DNA of 64,000 bases from a virus: positions 11,032-75,031 of the IMG/VR virus record IMGVR_UViG_3300036770_005778; one strand, written 5' to 3'. Below are positions 24,522-35,280 of this stretch, piece by piece. The position numbers and the translations under genes were made by a program. The notes beneath the pieces were generated by a model. It did not search any database. It was not told the DNA's origin and saw only the letters and a list, made by a program, of their open reading frames with translations. The stretch's first letter is position 1; every line of letters begins with the position of its first letter.

Positions 24522-24864
24522 CTTTTGAAAATCCTACAGTTTCTCGCTCAATATCTTCGTGATCGAACTCCGCCCAATAAAGTTCGAAGGCTATGGTATT
24601 TTCTGCAGCCTCAAACTGATGATATTCGCCAGGTGCCACTTTGGTATATTGTCCTGCAGTTAAAACAGTTTCGTCTACTAGATCATAATTATTCTTCCAG
24701 ACTCTGATAATTAATTTTCCAGACTCTACAAAAAATCCATTCCATTTAAATTTGTGTTTATGTTTAGAACAGACTCCGCCCGATTTGATTTCTATTCTAT
24801 GGAATTCTAGTACACCATTGGCTTCTAATAGTTCTGTTTGTCCCCATACTTTGCCCGCAATCAT
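24496..24864 (-). CDS. cupin domain protein
   Basis: KVWG, CSKHKH..K.N.F.V..G, PGEYHQF. Confidence 0.8.
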   Translation of the reverse strand: MIAGKVWGQTELLEANGVLEFHRIEIKSGGVCSKHKHKFKWNGFFVESGKLIIRVWKNNYDLVDETVLTAGQYTKVAPGEYHQFEAAENTIAFELYWAEFDHEDIERETVGFSKDGKTKTRS

Positions 24865-24879
24865 ATCATATTCCTTATA

Positions 24880-25386
24880 TTAAATTATCTTATGTAATTG
24901 TACGATTTCGCTTTGCCTGCTAACCTCTTTGACAAAGAACGCACAAGGAGGATTTTCATGAGAATGCAAAGGTACTGTTAAAAATTGTCCATTCTTCATC
25001 TTGGGGAAATACCAGCGCACATCTTGGAAAATATTTAAGATTTTTATTGTCATGTATTCGCATTTAAATCCGTTGATAGGATTGAATATAAAAGCATCGA
25101 ACCCACGCTCATTAATACTGGTCAATGGCAAAACTTCTGGGTCGAGCCCGCATTCTTTATCTCCTACTACCATACACCAATCTAATGGCATCTGCACTTC
25201 GTGTCCTCCTATATCTAACAATATCGCAGGACTGTTAAAAGATTCTAAAAAGATCAACGGCATAAAGAAGAAATCCGGGTCGCTTGGATTACTATTATCT
25301 AATACCGAAAATCTAGTATCTTCATCTATCTCGTCAGGCAATTCGTTGAGATCGAATGCTCTATTATTTAAAGTTAATATTCTCAT
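24880..25386 (-). CDS. hypothetical protein
   Basis: Start MRILTL at 25386 after GAGGA. Confidence 0.7.
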   Translation of the reverse strand: MRILTLNNRAFDLNELPDEIDEDTRFSVLDNSNPSDPDFFFMPLIFLESFNSPAILLDIGGHEVQMPLDWCMVVGDKECGLDPEVLPLTSINERGFDAFIFNPINGFKCEYMTIKILNIFQDVRWYFPKMKNGQFLTVPLHSHENPPCAFFVKEVSRQSEIVQLHKII

Positions 25387-26090
25387 TTGTTCCTCTTTTC
25401 TAACATTGCTCGTGTTTTTTGATATGATAATCCGAACGAATGATTCCATCGTCCAAAATATTTGTTCCATTCTCGATCATCAAACAAATTGATATCCATA
25501 TCCCAGTCCTCTTCAAACAAAGGAACGAACTGTGCAAGAGCCTGTCCTGCTTTTATATGAATCATATAAGGTTTTTCTTTTAATTTCAACAGGCAATTAA
25601 TGTTACTGACATGTTGATATCTAAATTCTAAAACACCCGGAGATACTGTCCATTCTAGAGGATCTTTTTGATCCCAGATCGGAGGCATCATCAACCATTT
25701 TACCATTCGATCAGTTTTAAAATACCAAGGACTCATTAATTTGATATTGCAGTAACCGGGCCAAGCACCTGAAGCCTGGCTGTCGATATGATGTCTTTCC
25801 AATGGCAATTTAATTTCTTCTTTGCAGGCAAAATCGTAGGCAATGCTACCGTCTGGTCGTACTTCAATATCGATATCTGACCACGATCTAATGACAAAAC
25901 TATTTTTATAAAGATCTCGAAATCCGTTGCAATGCCTTACTGTGATCCATTCGGGATCTTTATTTAGATTGAAATACCAATCGGGTAGAGATCCGCTACC
26001 TATCTGTGGGGGGAACAAATCGACCAAACTCTGCATAGTAGTGTAACAGTTAAGTTTGATTTTTTTCTTTTTAAAATTAAAAAAATTCAT
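25383..26090 (-). CDS. hypothetical protein
   Basis: 235 aa; TVRHC.G..D, KL.SPW and IKAG.AL.Q..P motifs. Confidence 0.65.
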   Translation of the reverse strand: MNFFNFKKKKIKLNCYTTMQSLVDLFPPQIGSGSLPDWYFNLNKDPEWITVRHCNGFRDLYKNSFVIRSWSDIDIEVRPDGSIAYDFACKEEIKLPLERHHIDSQASGAWPGYCNIKLMSPWYFKTDRMVKWLMMPPIWDQKDPLEWTVSPGVLEFRYQHVSNINCLLKLKEKPYMIHIKAGQALAQFVPLFEEDWDMDINLFDDREWNKYFGRWNHSFGLSYQKTRAMLEKRNK

Positions 26091-27544
26091 TATGTGATAA
26101 CCTTGGTTATTGTAAAAGGATATTTTGCATCCTTGTAAAATTTCTTTCGTTCTGTAAGATGCCGCTTGGCATACTTGCAGGTACTGGTTATGTCCCAGAT
26201 CTGTACAAAGTCTTTGTCTTCGGCCTTACGTATTCCTCGGCCGATGCTTTGTATCACCCGAACAAAACTTTTGCCAGGTTCCAAAAGAACCAGGTTGAAA
26301 ATGCGAGGTATGTTGATACCAACAGCGGCAACGCCATAAGTCGCCACGATGATTTTATTATCGCTGGTTTTGATTTCATCATATTCTTCTTTCCTATCAT
26401 CTAACTTGACTGCACCGCTGATAAACACTGCGTCTTTTAAGATATCTACTAATTTATTTCCTGTATCGATTCTATTAACTAATACCAGTGTGTTGCCTGC
26501 ATCCGATATTTCTTGTATCTTATTAGCGATCCAGGCTATGCGTTTTTGGTCAGTGACTAGCCATGTGTATTCTTCTTGATATGATCGAAATTCTTCGATG
26601 TCTGTGGTTTGTAATATATTGATTTCTAGTTTCGCCAGGACATCTTTCTGTTGGAGATCATAGGCAGATACTTGATTGATTACTGGTCCTATGCTGGATA
26701 GTAGACTCTGAAATTCCCATTTTTCTTTAGGTATAGTTCCGGTGAGACCCCATCGTATCGGACAATTGCGAAAATTCTGTGTGGCCAATCTCATCAATAC
26801 ATCTGCTTTTGCTTGGTGTACTTCGTCGACGATGATCGCTACGACCCCTTCACAGAATTCTGCTAGGCTCAATGTATCGTCATCGTAACTTTTCTTCTCT
26901 AGAACATTTAAACTCTGCCATGTGCAGATGGTGTGTGTCTTGCCTAGTTCTTTACGATCACCGAAATATACGCCGACGTCTAAGCCTAGATTTTTGTAGT
27001 CTTCTTCAGTTTGTACAACAAGCGATTTGTTCGGAACAATAACCATCGTACGGCCATATGGTTCACAAAGATGCGATAACGTCGCAGTAGTAATTGTTTT
27101 ACCCGCACCTGTTGCTACTTCCTGTAATGATTGCGGATTCTCTAGAAATTTATTAACGACATCGTATTGATAATCTCTTAGAACGATAGGTTGGCCGGCC
27201 ATGGGATGACCTTCGGGCCATGTTTTACCTTGACTGCTCCAATAATTTTCATCAACTGGATTGAATTTTAATGATCGATTTTGTCGAAGATCTTCGACAT
27301 CTATGTCATAGCCTGCTTCTTCTATAATAGGTAATATAATATCTAAATGAGCGAGATATCCGGTACCACCGATGCCGAAAAATGTTTTAGTACCATCCCA
27401 TCTGCCAAGTTTATAAGCGGGCATATGCCTTGCGTACGGTAAGTCATATTTTAACGAGTTAACTATTTTTCTTCGGACTTCAACACTGAGTCCTTCGACT
27501 TTGATATTAACTTCATCCTTAATAACTAGTTTACAAATTGACAA
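26090..27544 (-). CDS. uvsW: SF2 DNA helicase, UvsW-like
   Basis: LRDYQ, ATGAGKT, DEVH, GLTGT, QSIGRG.R. Confidence 0.88.
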   Translation of the reverse strand: MSICKLVIKDEVNIKVEGLSVEVRRKIVNSLKYDLPYARHMPAYKLGRWDGTKTFFGIGGTGYLAHLDIILPIIEEAGYDIDVEDLRQNRSLKFNPVDENYWSSQGKTWPEGHPMAGQPIVLRDYQYDVVNKFLENPQSLQEVATGAGKTITTATLSHLCEPYGRTMVIVPNKSLVVQTEEDYKNLGLDVGVYFGDRKELGKTHTICTWQSLNVLEKKSYDDDTLSLAEFCEGVVAIIVDEVHQAKADVLMRLATQNFRNCPIRWGLTGTIPKEKWEFQSLLSSIGPVINQVSAYDLQQKDVLAKLEINILQTTDIEEFRSYQEEYTWLVTDQKRIAWIANKIQEISDAGNTLVLVNRIDTGNKLVDILKDAVFISGAVKLDDRKEEYDEIKTSDNKIIVATYGVAAVGINIPRIFNLVLLEPGKSFVRVIQSIGRGIRKAEDKDFVQIWDITSTCKYAKRHLTERKKFYKDAKYPFTITKVIT

Positions 27545-28730
27545 TTTTAAAATTCCTTATCACTGTTGGCTTTACCTCTCCTAGATAACACAAACAGGGA
27601 TGATGAAAAATCCATGTAGAAGTAATAGAATCACTGAGTGGTGGTACATAACAGTTTGTACCTATAATTTTAACATCTATTTTATTTTTAAACAACCACT
27701 TAGGTGGTTTCTGTAAAAATATATATAGGTTGCCCTGATCGACTTTTCCGCCTAATTGATTTTCTTTGATCCAACGGTTGATTTGAGAATCGTCATCGAC
27801 TGTTTCTCTAAAACAGATCTTTATATCATTCTTGCAACCGGCGATTTCAGCATCAGAAACGAACCGTTTCAGCCAGCCAAACAAATCTTTGGTGTTTTTA
27901 TCTAAAATCACAGCAGCCTTTCCGCCTACTGATTTGTACAATTCAAAAAATTTGGAATTTTCCTTTAACCAAAATTGATTGGCAGTATTCGTAGAAATAA
28001 CTTCGGTCAAGGTGATCGGAGATTTTTCTAATTTTAAGACAAATCCCATGGTTTTTGCCAGGAAGATATCTTGTTCATAGACCGAAGTTCGACGAGACTG
28101 AAAGTTCGTGACTGCATCCTCTGTGGCATTGACTAATGTGACATTGCCTTGATCGATAGAGGCGTATGGTACTATCGAATCTTGCTGTTGCCATATTTCT
28201 TCGACACTGCTAACCAGGTCTAAAAACGTATTATCGATGTCAAAATTATGGTAATTTACAAATTCATTGATGTGCATGATATTATGCTTGTAGGCTTCTA
28301 CCATCCTCAATTTTTTTTCATGATTCCATCGATTATTTTCACTGTTTGATCTTTCGTCTTTGATTTCTTTGTCAAATGTTTCTTTTAAAGAAAACGGAAA
28401 TTTTAGGCAAATCCAGATTTTTTTCTGGCTATCAACTTCGACGAATACCTTTTTAGATAAATCTAAAGTACGAAAAGTTTTTTTCCAAGAAGGGTTTAAA
28501 ATTTCAGATTTATAATCTAGACCAAGATCAAAACTTTCATTTTTATATCTAGATAAAATTTTTAGGAGATAGTTGGCCTGGTTAACGGTCAATGATTTTT
28601 CTTCATCTACGCAATAATCATAGAGACTATGTGCAGCCATTAGGTCTTGTTTAGTGATCAATAATTGTTGTGCAACAATCAACGAGTAGAACTGATCAAA
28701 AATATCTTCTATATAAACGGGTTTCGACAT
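27531..28730 (-). CDS. hypothetical protein
   Basis: ~400 aa; TTGACT-N17-TAAACT immediately upstream. Confidence 0.75.
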   Translation of the reverse strand: MSKPVYIEDIFDQFYSLIVAQQLLITKQDLMAAHSLYDYCVDEEKSLTVNQANYLLKILSRYKNESFDLGLDYKSEILNPSWKKTFRTLDLSKKVFVEVDSQKKIWICLKFPFSLKETFDKEIKDERSNSENNRWNHEKKLRMVEAYKHNIMHINEFVNYHNFDIDNTFLDLVSSVEEIWQQQDSIVPYASIDQGNVTLVNATEDAVTNFQSRRTSVYEQDIFLAKTMGFVLKLEKSPITLTEVISTNTANQFWLKENSKFFELYKSVGGKAAVILDKNTKDLFGWLKRFVSDAEIAGCKNDIKICFRETVDDDSQINRWIKENQLGGKVDQGNLYIFLQKPPKWLFKNKIDVKIIGTNCYVPPLSDSITSTWIFHHPCLCYLGEVKPTVIRNFKIVNL

Positions 28731-28769
28731 CATAATAGTTTACTATAAATCTTTGTCTAAGTCAAGTGT

Positions 28770-29600
28770 TCAAGATCTAGGAAAAATCCTGGTAAAAGGC
28801 AGACCCGATTGTATTTCTGGAATGGTCCATTCGGTATGACATAATTTTAAAAACCATTCTTCTCTGTCAGGTAATTTCGGATCTTCTAAATTGACCCATC
28901 GATCCGAAACTGGATATGCAAGGCTAGACTGATCGCAGATAACTGGGTTTCCTTCTATGGCTGATCGAACCGCTGGACCGCTGTTAAAGTTGATCACACA
29001 ATGGTAAGAATAGTCTATGTCAAAATCGTCATAGGAATTTGGTATTTTAACAGGTCTAACTAGTCGTGTGCCCGGCAAATTTATATTAATAGGCGATCGA
29101 GGATGGGGCCTAATTTCAATAGGACGATCAGAATACTGTCTGATCTGATCTACAGTGTCTGCGACCCATCGAACCATGCTTGGCTGACCTTGCCACTGAA
29201 GGCTGTGTTCGTGTTGGCATGCGATAAGAATGTTTTCTTTTCGATTCTCGTTAATTGGTCGTAGGACTGCACCTAGTTTTCTAGGACGATCAAGGTCGAG
29301 ATCGCAGTCGTTGCCGAATTTTCCAAGACCATGGATATGATCGAGACTCAATCTCCATGTTCGGCCTCTGAAGAGATTCCCTACCTCTATGATCATCACA
29401 GGCCTGTTTTGATTTTTAGCCTGGTCGAAAACGAATTTATTAGATTTCATCCGACCATACCATAGCACCGACCATATTACATCAACGTCTTGATGGTCGT
29501 TGACCACTGCCATGCCGATATTTTTTAGCCCTTGTTCAACAGCAGCGAAGACTGGCGGACTATTGAGAGCACCGTGCTCTCTCCATAATTTGAATTTCAT
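28770..29600 (-). CDS. KpsS/KpsC-like GT-B glycosyltransferase
   Basis: IRPHP...VINFNSGPA..AIEG.P motif. Confidence 0.65.
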   Translation of the reverse strand: MKFKLWREHGALNSPPVFAAVEQGLKNIGMAVVNDHQDVDVIWSVLWYGRMKSNKFVFDQAKNQNRPVMIIEVGNLFRGRTWRLSLDHIHGLGKFGNDCDLDLDRPRKLGAVLRPINENRKENILIACQHEHSLQWQGQPSMVRWVADTVDQIRQYSDRPIEIRPHPRSPININLPGTRLVRPVKIPNSYDDFDIDYSYHCVINFNSGPAVRSAIEGNPVICDQSSLAYPVSDRWVNLEDPKLPDREEWFLKLCHTEWTIPEIQSGLPFTRIFPRS

Positions 29601-29638
29601 AATGTCTTATAAATAACCTAGTATTTAATGATAAAATT

Positions 29639-30034
29639 ATGAGTAAATTCGCCAAACGGATAAAAAAGTTAAACAAAAAAACCAGAAACATCCTTGTAGC
29701 AGGAAATGCTTGGGGTAATCTATCAGAACTGGTGGATTCGTTTGGAACTATATTCTTAATCGACGACAACAAAAGAATACTACGTGGAAAAAATATCGTT
29801 TACCGTGAGAATTTTGACAATATTTCTCATCTCTATGACGTCGATACTGTTTTAATCAATTTAGATCATGAAAATCATATCATCGAACTTTTGCCATTGT
29901 TAAAAAGATGGAATTCTCTCATAGTTATCGAAGGACCTGCATTGATTTCTCAAGAAAATCAAAAATTTCTCAAATCTCACAACTATCAAATCGTCGATGT
30001 TTATAAAAATTGCTATGTCTGGAAATTAAGATGA
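29639..30034 (+). CDS. hypothetical protein
   Basis: 131 aa; TAAATA upstream. Confidence 0.6.
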   Translation: MSKFAKRIKKLNKKTRNILVAGNAWGNLSELVDSFGTIFLIDDNKRILRGKNIVYRENFDNISHLYDVDTVLINLDHENHIIELLPLLKRWNSLIVIEGPALISQENQKFLKSHNYQIVDVYKNCYVWKLR

Positions 30035-30082
30035 CCAGAAATGTACGCTATAAATAAAACAATATTTTAATCTGGAAAAAAA

Positions 30083-31093
30083 ATGAAAAAAATCGCATTT
30101 GTTACAGGAATGACTGGCCAAGATGGTCCCTACCTTGCAAAATTACTGATTGAAAAAGGCTACAAGGTATATGGATTGATAAAACGATATTCAAATCCCA
30201 ATCTTGACAATATTAGATATTTAGAAATCGAAAATGACATCGAATTAATCACTGGAGATATCACTGATGATGGAAATATGAATCATCTAGTGAAAAATAT
30301 CAGACCGAATGAATTTTATAATCTGGCTGCCCAGAGTTTTGTCGGCGCCAGTTGGGATCTCAACAAATTAACTACCGAAGTCAACGCCATCGGTCCGTTA
30401 AATATTCTCAATGCTATCAAACAACACAGCCCTGAAACTAGATTTTATCAGGCTTCTACTTCAGAGATGTACGGAAACAGCATAGAAATTTCAGGAGGTC
30501 AGCAAGACGAATCAACGCCGTTCTGGCCACGAAGTCCTTATGGTGTTGCTAAACTATACGCCTATTGGATGACCATAAATTTTAGAGAAAGTTATAGTTT
30601 GCATGCATCGAATGGTATTTTATTCAATCACGAAAGTCCTATCCGTGGTAAAGAATTCGTCACAAGAAAAATCACAGACGGAGTCGCTAAAATCAAATGT
30701 GGACTAGCAGATAGCATCACGTTAGGTAATCTAGATGCCAAACGAGATTGGGGATTTGCTGGCGATTTTGTCGAAGCAATGTGGCTGATGTTGCAACAAA
30801 ATGAACCAGGTGATTATGTTGTGGCCACAGGTCAGCAGTATACTATTGGGGATTTACTAGAACGTGCTTTTAAATACGCCGGCATCGGCGATTGGCAGAA
30901 ATATGTCAAGACTGATCCGAGATTTAAACGTCCTGCTGAACTTCACAGTCTCTGTGGTAGTCCTAAAAAGGCAGAAACCGTTTTAGGTTGGCAACGACGC
31001 ACTGATTTTGACACTTTGGTAAAAATGATGGTCGAAGCCGACATTAAACGATGCGGCGGCAATGTTGATGATTGGACTTTGCAAACTAAATGA
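30083..31093 (+). CDS. gmd: GDP-mannose 4,6-dehydratase
   Basis: TGMTGQDG.YL, LAAQSFV, QASTSE, SPYGVAK, LFNHESP.RG..FVTRKI, RDWG. Confidence 0.95.
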   Translation: MKKIAFVTGMTGQDGPYLAKLLIEKGYKVYGLIKRYSNPNLDNIRYLEIENDIELITGDITDDGNMNHLVKNIRPNEFYNLAAQSFVGASWDLNKLTTEVNAIGPLNILNAIKQHSPETRFYQASTSEMYGNSIEISGGQQDESTPFWPRSPYGVAKLYAYWMTINFRESYSLHASNGILFNHESPIRGKEFVTRKITDGVAKIKCGLADSITLGNLDAKRDWGFAGDFVEAMWLMLQQNEPGDYVVATGQQYTIGDLLERAFKYAGIGDWQKYVKTDPRFKRPAELHSLCGSPKKAETVLGWQRRTDFDTLVKMMVEADIKRCGGNVDDWTLQTK

Positions 31094-31845
31094 AATTTAC
31101 ACTCCCTTACGAAAAACAAGGTTATAGCCAATACGGAGAAACTGGTATAATAGAGTTCTTAACTGAAAAAATTATCAATCCGAAAAACAATTTTGTTGAG
31201 ATTGGGTTTGGCACTGGGAATCAAAATATGACTCTCGATCTATTAGACCGTGGATTTACCGGAATAGGTATCGATGTACGAGATTGGAATCCTTCGACTC
31301 CGAATAGATGGGGAGATAATATTCATAAAATTCAAGCACTCATTAATCCGGATAATATTTTTGATTTGTTAAAAACATCAGATCAAAATTGTGATTTTTT
31401 TAGTTTAGACATTGATAGTTTTGATTTCGAAATAGCGAAAACGTTAGTTGAAAAAAATTTTCATCCTTCGGTAATTTGTGTTGAAATAAATCCTTGGTTT
31501 GGTTCAGATGTTGAAGCTAGTTTTCCTTATATTGCTGCGACAGGAAAAAAAACATATACACGAAGACATTTTCGAGGGGCTAGTCTTCAAAAATACATAA
31601 ACTTATTTAAAAAATACAATTATGAATTCTTTACTTTGAACAGTTGGTCTTATCATAACGGATTTTTTTATGACCCGAGTTGTTTAACATCTTTTTCGGC
31701 TCCGAGAATTACTAAAATAAACGAAAATAATTCTACAGAATTTTTAGATCCTGTAATTTACGATCCTTTGTGGTTAAGGGCTGCTATAGAATCGCATAAT
31801 GTATGGAAAAATTATGTAGATATAATTTATAGCGAGTATAAATGA
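31090..31845 (+). CDS. FkbM-like SAM-dependent methyltransferase
   Basis: YSQYGE.G, FVEIG.G, SLDIDSFD. Confidence 0.65.
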   Translation: MKFTLPYEKQGYSQYGETGIIEFLTEKIINPKNNFVEIGFGTGNQNMTLDLLDRGFTGIGIDVRDWNPSTPNRWGDNIHKIQALINPDNIFDLLKTSDQNCDFFSLDIDSFDFEIAKTLVEKNFHPSVICVEINPWFGSDVEASFPYIAATGKKTYTRRHFRGASLQKYINLFKKYNYEFFTLNSWSYHNGFFYDPSCLTSFSAPRITKINENNSTEFLDPVIYDPLWLRAAIESHNVWKNYVDIIYSEYK

Positions 31846-32666
31846 AAAAAGCCGTAGTTACCACTTTCCACAAAGAAGGATACGACAAATATGCCAAGAG
31901 GATGATTCAGACATTCTTGGAAACTTGGCCGGAAGATATTACGTTATATGCCTATCCTCAAGATCATGCTATAGAAGAATCTGCCAACAATCTTGTGGTC
32001 AGAGATTTACATGATTCTTGTCCCGATCTTGTTGCTTTTAAAAACAAATGGGGTAATGATCCCAAGGCCAAGGGTGAAGTGGCCACAGGACCCGTTGATC
32101 GAAAAGGGAAACAGCCCGGAATAGGCTTTCGCTGGGATGCTATAAGGTTTAGCCATAAAATATATGCTGTCTGCCATGCGGCTCGTAACACAGATGCAGA
32201 TATATTGCTATGGATGGACGCTGACATGATCTGTCATACTCCAATTCCTCATCATTTCATTGACAGAATGTGCCAACCCCATATCGGTTTAGGTTTTTTA
32301 GGCAGAGAAAAAAAGTTCACGGAATGCGGTCTATATTATATGAACTTAAAAGATTCTCACACCCAGAAATTTCTGTTTGAATTTCAACGAGCCTACGATA
32401 CAGGAAGATTATTTCAGTTCAGCGAATGGAATGATTGTTGGGTATTTGACGAAGTTCGAAAAGAAATCAAACAGCAACATCCGGCATGGCAGTGGAACGA
32501 TTGGTGCAAGGGTCTAATCAAAGAAGAAGGGCATCCGTTGGTCAATTCTGAATGGGGCGCCTACTTAGATCACCTCAAAGGTAATAGGAAGAATTCAGGA
32601 AAAAGCCTAGCGTCTGATTTTATTAGGCCAAGGACTGAAAAATATTGGACTACTCGTCAGAGTTAA
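31842..32666 (+). CDS. GT-A glycosyltransferase
   Basis: RFSHK, LWMDAD (DxD), ECG, DC.VFD, DHLKG. Confidence 0.75.
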   Translation: MKKAVVTTFHKEGYDKYAKRMIQTFLETWPEDITLYAYPQDHAIEESANNLVVRDLHDSCPDLVAFKNKWGNDPKAKGEVATGPVDRKGKQPGIGFRWDAIRFSHKIYAVCHAARNTDADILLWMDADMICHTPIPHHFIDRMCQPHIGLGFLGREKKFTECGLYYMNLKDSHTQKFLFEFQRAYDTGRLFQFSEWNDCWVFDEVRKEIKQQHPAWQWNDWCKGLIKEEGHPLVNSEWGAYLDHLKGNRKNSGKSLASDFIRPRTEKYWTTRQS

Positions 32667-33366
32667 ACTCTGCTTTGCTATGCTTGGCCTTATAGTGTTC
32701 CATATAAGGGCCTAGTACAGTATGTCGCATCGGAGTTTTGTAAGGTTTGACAAAATCTTTACAAAGATCTAGTCCCGGAGCTTTCAATTTCTCAAATACA
32801 TAACCGTACACATCGTTATCGTAGAATCTACGAAGATCTTTGTGGTCGTGTTCTACATAGTGTCGTCTGTATTCTTTTCTAAATTCATCAAATAGCGGAT
32901 GTTGTGTGTTGACTGCAAAAAATCCTGTTTCTGGTACGAACCAACGACCTGAAGTTCCATCTTTAGAAGATAGATAAGTCACACCCATGTGTGTGCTTAA
33001 TATATCGTCAGGTAATATAGAGTTTATAAATTTTCTGTCTAAAAAGTTTATATGAAGAACATCGGCGTCTAACCATATGATTCTATCTGCAGATGAATTA
33101 TACATCGCATGTATAAAACTCCATGCTTTTTTAGCAAATTTCTTTACTTGCTTGTGTGCAGTCTCTTGGAATTCAAAATATTCTTTTTCAAATTTATCGA
33201 ATGATATCTGCTTTAATCTAGGATTATGCGGTAATTTAAATTCTTCAACGTAACAGGTCAAAGTCATTTCTTTTGGCCAATACTTTAACCAAGTTTCGAC
33301 AGCATCTTTACCTATAAGGTCATAGTAATGTTGATTAAAACTAGTAATAACTTCTATATTAGACAT
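32650..33366 (-). CDS. GT-A glycosyltransferase
   Basis: KFAKK, IWLDAD, ETGF; paralog of 31842 and 41419. Confidence 0.75.
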   Translation of the reverse strand: MSNIEVITSFNQHYYDLIGKDAVETWLKYWPKEMTLTCYVEEFKLPHNPRLKQISFDKFEKEYFEFQETAHKQVKKFAKKAWSFIHAMYNSSADRIIWLDADVLHINFLDRKFINSILPDDILSTHMGVTYLSSKDGTSGRWFVPETGFFAVNTQHPLFDEFRKEYRRHYVEHDHKDLRRFYDNDVYGYVFEKLKAPGLDLCKDFVKPYKTPMRHTVLGPYMEHYKAKHSKAEFNSDE

Positions 33367-34294
33367 AATTCCTCATATGACTCCAACACTCTCCGTTTCC
33401 AATTTCACCGAAGTTCCAATGAAACATACTGATTCTTTCAACCCACTGCTGTCTATCAAACAGCATAGGAGTTTCTATGTTTTTTAGATCTGTGTTAGCG
33501 ATCTCTCGACACTGACTTCTTTCTGGATCTGTTACGAAAATCGGATACCCTTCTATGGCTGCACCGACTACGGGACTAGAGTTATGATTCACCACGGCCC
33601 AACACTTGTGAAGATCGTCCATCAACGTCGCATTAGGTTTCGATAGCCTAACATTTTTAAGAATTCCGATTTTATTCATTAAATTTTTAGGACTCAGATA
33701 TGCCCCAGAACCTTTATCACCGGGATGTGCCCGGATAACTATTTCTCGATCAGTGTACTTTCTTAACTCCCTTATAGTTGACGCGGTCCAATCTACGACA
33801 TCGTATCCGGCCATGCTCCAACCGCCGTTACGCTGAAGACATAAAAGTATATGATGGCCGTTTTTTCTATAATCTTTCATGGTTATACCGCTGTTCTGGG
33901 ATAAACGTTTCCATCTATCAGGATCTACCTTATCATCGCAATAGATTCCGGTGTTTGGAAATATACCGTTAAAACTGTATCTAAGATAATGCAATGGATT
34001 TTCTTTATTTGCATAAAGAAACAGATTACTATCTGCTAACAATACTTTTTTCTTATGCGATAATTGATGATCAATAATAGATTTTCTTAATTTTAAATGC
34101 GGAACGTCTTTAGAATCTTCATGTACCCAACCTACGCTTAGGGCTACATCACTATCGATCAAGGTATGACCTTGATGTAACAAGATTTCGTCGCCGGCTG
34201 CTAGCACTCCTTGAGAAAATCTAGGAAGGATTTCTCCTTTTTCGATATTCTTGTTGTTAAGAGGCAAACAAGACAGGTAAGCAACTACTTTCAT
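33359..34294 (-). CDS. KpsS/KpsC-like GT-B glycosyltransferase
   Basis: IRAHP...VVNHNSSP...AIEGYP. Confidence 0.65.
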   Translation of the reverse strand: MKVVAYLSCLPLNNKNIEKGEILPRFSQGVLAAGDEILLHQGHTLIDSDVALSVGWVHEDSKDVPHLKLRKSIIDHQLSHKKKVLLADSNLFLYANKENPLHYLRYSFNGIFPNTGIYCDDKVDPDRWKRLSQNSGITMKDYRKNGHHILLCLQRNGGWSMAGYDVVDWTASTIRELRKYTDREIVIRAHPGDKGSGAYLSPKNLMNKIGILKNVRLSKPNATLMDDLHKCWAVVNHNSSPVVGAAIEGYPIFVTDPERSQCREIANTDLKNIETPMLFDRQQWVERISMFHWNFGEIGNGECWSHMRNYV

Positions 34295-35280
34295 TTTTTC
34301 TTCTTTTTAGATTCTTCTGGAACTGAAAGACTCTGTGCGTATGCTGTGCTTTCTACGATTGGCTGGAGATGTGACCATGCGATGCCTTCTCTCATTTCGG
34401 CCACACTCCATTGCGAATAGGCTAGATTAAGTAACCATTTTTTTATCTCGTCATCTGAAGGAATTTTTATGGAATTTATTTCATCTGGATAGCGAGAACT
34501 GATCTCGAACGTAAAATTACCCGGATCGCAGGCAATAGTCGGGATTCCGAACAATACCGAATCTATAGCCGATCCGCTGGTATAAGAAACTGAGCAATAA
34601 GCACCGTCGAGAGTTTTTTGTAGAGTCGTTTCTTTCGGGTCTACGAATTCTATGTTTTCGATTTTGTTTTTATGCAGATCAAAAAAGAAATCATAAAATT
34701 CCTCGCCGGCACGCAATGGAGCCAATGGATGCGGTCTGACCACGATTTTTTTATCTGTTTGTGTTCTTATAGATTCTACCGTAGATTTAGCCCAAGAATA
34801 TATGTTCGCACCTCTTAAAGACGCATCGGCTGGTAATTGCAGTAATAATACAATATGACCGTTTTTACTGTAATCCCATCCTCGCCAACTCGCTCCTATT
34901 TTTTGCAATCTAGAAGGATCGTAGGTCTCAGACGGATCAGTAAAGAATCCCTGATTATTCAAAAATCCATTAACTCCGATTCTGTAGTAGGTATTTTCTT
35001 CTTGTACTTTTCTATTCAACAATGGTGTTTCAATGCAGACAAAAACTTTAGAATTAAAGGCGACGCTAGATCTAACTGCATGGTGTCCCTTTTCTCTGGC
35101 CTTCCAAGATCCTATCATCAAAGCAACATCACAGGGGACATAGACCTCGTCGAGATCATATTCTACTTCATAGTCTAAACCTTTTTCATTTGAATAACGT
35201 TCAATACCTTCGGTAAACTTCATTAATATCTGCTGTTCTTGAAAATCTCTAGCAGTTTGTATAAAAGATCTAATTTTCAT
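34291..35280 (-). CDS. KpsS/KpsC-like GT-B glycosyltransferase
   Basis: LQLPAD, VRPHP, YTSGSA...GIP, YSQW...E. Confidence 0.65.
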   Translation of the reverse strand: MKIRSFIQTARDFQEQQILMKFTEGIERYSNEKGLDYEVEYDLDEVYVPCDVALMIGSWKAREKGHHAVRSSVAFNSKVFVCIETPLLNRKVQEENTYYRIGVNGFLNNQGFFTDPSETYDPSRLQKIGASWRGWDYSKNGHIVLLLQLPADASLRGANIYSWAKSTVESIRTQTDKKIVVRPHPLAPLRAGEEFYDFFFDLHKNKIENIEFVDPKETTLQKTLDGAYCSVSYTSGSAIDSVLFGIPTIACDPGNFTFEISSRYPDEINSIKIPSDDEIKKWLLNLAYSQWSVAEMREGIAWSHLQPIVESTAYAQSLSVPEESKKKKK